From: Amphiscolops sp. MND2022
Lineage: Eukaryota
Assembly: GCA_964187785.1 (NCBI GenBank)
Contig: OZ076409.1
Coordinates: 52,764,001-52,828,000, forward strand
Reading direction: 5' to 3'
DNA length: 64,000 bases
Both the position numbers and the translations under genes were made by a program. Every line of letters starts with the position of its first letter. Within the stretch, counting starts at the first letter, position 1. This document shows, in pieces, positions 62,401 to 64,000 of this stretch. The notes under the pieces were generated by a model that was given only the letters and a program-made list of their open reading frames with translations, made no database searches and was not told the DNA's origin.

Positions 62401-63105
62401 TATTCAGATTATTGAGGAATTTGAGTGTTTTTTCGAAAAAAAAACATTCTATTTACCAAGAAGTGTCTCTACTTCAGTTTTTAGTGTCCCTACGAAACGG
62501 GTGGGCTTATCAGTTCCGATGTTTCGTTGCATTCAAATATCGAAAGAAAAGCACCCTATATCTAAATTTTTGACATTATATCCGAAGTAATTGATGTTTC
62601 TGATGAGCATAAAAGCAAAGAGGCCTTTTTAGGCTCCAAAGGGTCCTCCTTTATGTTTTTTTTGGAAGAGGTCCTCCCTTAGGTTATTTCGGTACTGTGA
62701 AATTGATAATTTATTCAAGTCATTGACGCTTTGAAGTACTTTGGCTCTTTTTGAGCCTTAAGCTGCTCGCTGACTCTTAAACATTTCCTTATTTGTTCTA
62801 TCGAATTCTTAAAACCAATTTTGCATGCTTTTTAATTTTCAAAATTCAGCTGGAAACCAAATGGTAGAAGTTGTATTCCGATTTTTTGTATACCTTGTTT
62901 TTGTTATAGCCTTCCCCTGGAGGATCCACAGAGAGTGGGCAGTATGCCTTGCAAGGTGATGCCATATCTCAAAACTCACCTTCTAGATTGAGGTTAGTGT
63001 AACTCTTAACTACTAACTCGTCCCCTGATGCGCTCTAGAGGCTTCAAATGCCCAATCAGTAGCCTAATAACTACTAACACCTAACCTGGTTGTTTCAGTC
63101 TTTGA
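47414..63105 (+). CDS. Multi-exon gene: uncharacterised divergent TBC (Rab-GAP)-fold protein with C-terminal coiled coil; 5' and 3' ends uncertain
   Basis: Phase-compatible AG/GT exons: 47414-47442 (tentative), 48044-48166, 48466-48603, 48670-48816, 49122-49351, 49586-49784, 55701-55840, 56112-56180, 56384-56468, 60044-60215, 61256-61439, 62910-62992, 63099- (tentative). The spliced frame is open, with TBC-like LPENLRYISWKLFL and VVMYLWDQWILG and an E/R/Q-rich coil. Confidence 0.8.
48044..48166 (+). CDS. Exon of TBC-like gene
   Basis: tttcag|...ENYKNMMAKVSRTLDRHLSNEVARELLEEDPVETKPELIL|gtatgc, phase 1/1. Confidence 0.75.
48466..48603 (+). CDS. Exon of TBC-like gene
   Basis: aacag|HVREGAVSLLKKWPDMKGKMHLCLNQRLPENLRYISWKLFLQNTL|gttaga, phase 1/1. 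Confidence 0.8.
48670..48816 (+). CDS. Exon of TBC-like gene
   Basis: tttgcag|RKVFCDTLSEDPG...EAKASS|gttagt, phase 1/1. Confidence 0.8.
49122..49351 (+). CDS. Exon of TBC-like gene
   Basis: ttttcag|VATTMCKVLSYYHAK...RPSFVRDAWGE|gttagt, phase 1/0. Confidence 0.8.
49586..49784 (+). CDS. Exon of TBC-like gene
   Basis: tttttag|NSAGVSLTDFCRKV...KPLIRSMFV|gttagt, phase 0/1. Confidence 0.8.
49958..50127. mobile_element. Tc1/mariner-pogo-type MITE, TA TSD
   Basis: TA|CAGTCAACTCCTGTTAATTCGTAT ... ATACGAATTAGGCGGATTCAACTG|TA. Confidence 0.7.
51098..52945 (-). pseudogene. Bel/Pao pol C-terminus (RNase H tail plus integrase), frameshifted
   Basis: GMDYFGPF, FTCFRTRAVHFEVV, SDNASTF, PHEGGAWERLI, NSRPLT, LTPNHF, PRGLWPLGLV, LCPLE. 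Confidence 0.9.
53074..54852 (-). pseudogene. Bel/Pao gag-protease (frameshift near 53510, truncated at 53074)
   Basis: LPKMNIEPYTGDPLQWSDW..QKIAYLQGLVTGKAK; CPLGDGRHQIFKC, CFNCLNKDHRIANC, CQHSNCNKRHNTLLH; ALLDSGSTSSFLT. Confidence 0.9.
55701..55840 (+). CDS. Exon of TBC-like gene
   Basis: ttgcaag|FVECPVVMYLWDQWILG...EPLLRATN|gttagt, phase 1/0. Confidence 0.8.
56112..56180 (+). CDS. Exon of TBC-like gene
   Basis: ttacag|AQQLEEVIQRQSILLTVDNIQYE|gttact, phase 0/0. Confidence 0.75.
56384..56468 (+). CDS. Exon of TBC-like gene
   Basis: tttcag|FQKRFYRELFNKLSKSEDKDSLAVDPLS|gtaagt, phase 0/1. Confidence 0.75.
56740..57860 (+). mobile_element. 5'-truncated CR1/L2-clade LINE (RT C-terminal half)
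   Basis: GVPQGSVLGPFLFLVYIND, LFADDT, KYLGVYIDSKLTF. Stop at 57061 and a ~33-bp internal tandem duplication (~57441-57513). AATAAA near 57854. Confidence 0.9.
58438..58508 (-). pseudogene. tRNA-derived SINE head or tRNA pseudogene (His-like GTG loop)
   Basis: Minus strand GTCCCTATGGCACAGTGG (A box) ... CTGTGCA ... GCAGGTTCGAATCTCT (B box). Anticodon and T stems pair poorly. Confidence 0.6.
59659..59990 (-). mobile_element. Helentron/DINE-1-like element
   Basis: Reverse complement of the family ends: AACAAG..AGTCGGCGCTATATCTAAAGGCT and AGTCGGGCATTTTTCC..GCGCCAACT. Confidence 0.7.
60044..60215 (+). CDS. Exon of TBC-like gene
   Basis: ttgtag|MGLPAPWVNWTKEVLPERTRAEDRRLMREQR...NLPP|gtaaga, phase 1/2. 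Confidence 0.8.
61256..61439 (+). CDS. Exon of TBC-like gene (coiled coil)
   Basis: tgtag|GDGVAMYDRLTEEKQQLEED...LQKLRRVQQ|gtaagc, phase 2/0. Confidence 0.8.
61681..62310 (+). mobile_element. Helentron/DINE-1-like element with duplicated 5' end
   Basis: AGTCGGCG at 61681 and 61742; 3' CCTTAGATATGACGCTGACTTGACCGTTCCCGGCTTGTT. Further partial copies at ~55093-55160 and ~62620-62797. Confidence 0.7.
62910..62992 (+). CDS. Probable exon of TBC-like gene
   Basis: ttatag|PSPGGSTESGQYALQGDAISQNSPSRL|gttagt, phase 0/2. Confidence 0.6.
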
Positions 63106-64000
63106 TACGATAGTGAATGTTCCTTCCACCTTCTCACCGAAGTATCTCGATGATGCACAAATGATGTCGTAATGTTTCAGCATGGAACAGGTGATATTTC
63201 TATGGAGATTTTCAGGTCATAATGTCATCAAATTGAAATTCAGTACTAAATGCCCAAGAAACTCGAAATGGTGTATTTTTTGTTAGTGTAAGATTAATTA
63301 TAGAAGAAATAACTTTTATTTCTGTGATGTTTTAGTGACGCCACTTTGATGACTGGTTTTCACCCTCCTATGAACTCTGCTAGAATCTCTGATCAGCCCA
63401 AACCCGCTTTGGACACAATACAGCACTTCATAGAAAACATGTTGAAAGACATTTCTCAAGGTACACACTAACTTCAAATACCACAAAACAGTTTTAAAAA
63501 GAAAAACTGCATTTGAATTCTGAATTTTCGGACATCGCTCAGTATCTTCAAATTCCAAATTGTTACCTTAATTTTACTGTTGATGAAAAGTTTTAGTATG
63601 GATGTGACAGTTTTTTTCATTTTTTTCCGATAGCATCATTTTTAGCTGACTCGCTTTCGACTAGCGGTCAATTTTTTTACAGCAACTAATTGTTGAGAAA
63701 TCAGATTGTAAAAGATATCGGTTGTATGCAAAAGCTTTTTGCTTCTAGTTTTCCAATTCATTCGATTGAATATTGGGAGTTTTAATTTATTTCAGAGAAT
63801 CTGTTACTTTTTACAAATGGAAGATCTGCTCTAATTCTGTTTAAAAATAGCTTTTCTTACAATCTTTTTTACTGCCGAACTTGGATTTTTAACAGCGCAT
63901 CGAAAATTTGGTCATTAGTTGTGGTTTCGAATGTAGCTAATATTGTTCTGCCGTTTTTCTCGTTTTATACACTTCTTTTTCGCGCGATGTGGCGAAATAG

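Noticed and set aside
79..63558. Most short ORFs in the supplied track
   Set aside because: Non-ATG starts, low-complexity F/K/L/S translations of AT-rich repeats, or antisense shadows of TE ORFs.

Overview
AT-rich, repeat-dense eukaryotic (metazoan, probably marine invertebrate) genomic DNA; no prokaryotic operons, rRNA or CRISPR array. Positions 1-47 kb are almost all mobile-element debris: solo LTRs carrying a conserved ORF, a non-coding LTR element with a tRNA-Arg-type PBS, decayed Gypsy and Bel/Pao fragments in tandem segmental duplications, Helentron/DINE-1-like elements, CCC..GGG TIR elements, and foldback-like MITEs. From ~47.4 kb to the end lies a plus-strand multi-exon gene for a divergent TBC (Rab-GAP)-fold/coiled-coil protein with many GTTAGT donors. 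Its introns hold a young RT-less Bel/Pao element, a CR1/L2 LINE fragment and a tRNA-derived element. The most unusual signal is a conserved 140-190 bp GC-rich, hairpin-forming core cassette (9 copies, two subtypes). It sits between several unrelated sets of inverted, sub-repeat-built arms, including one hybrid with arms from two families. All alignments were made by eye.
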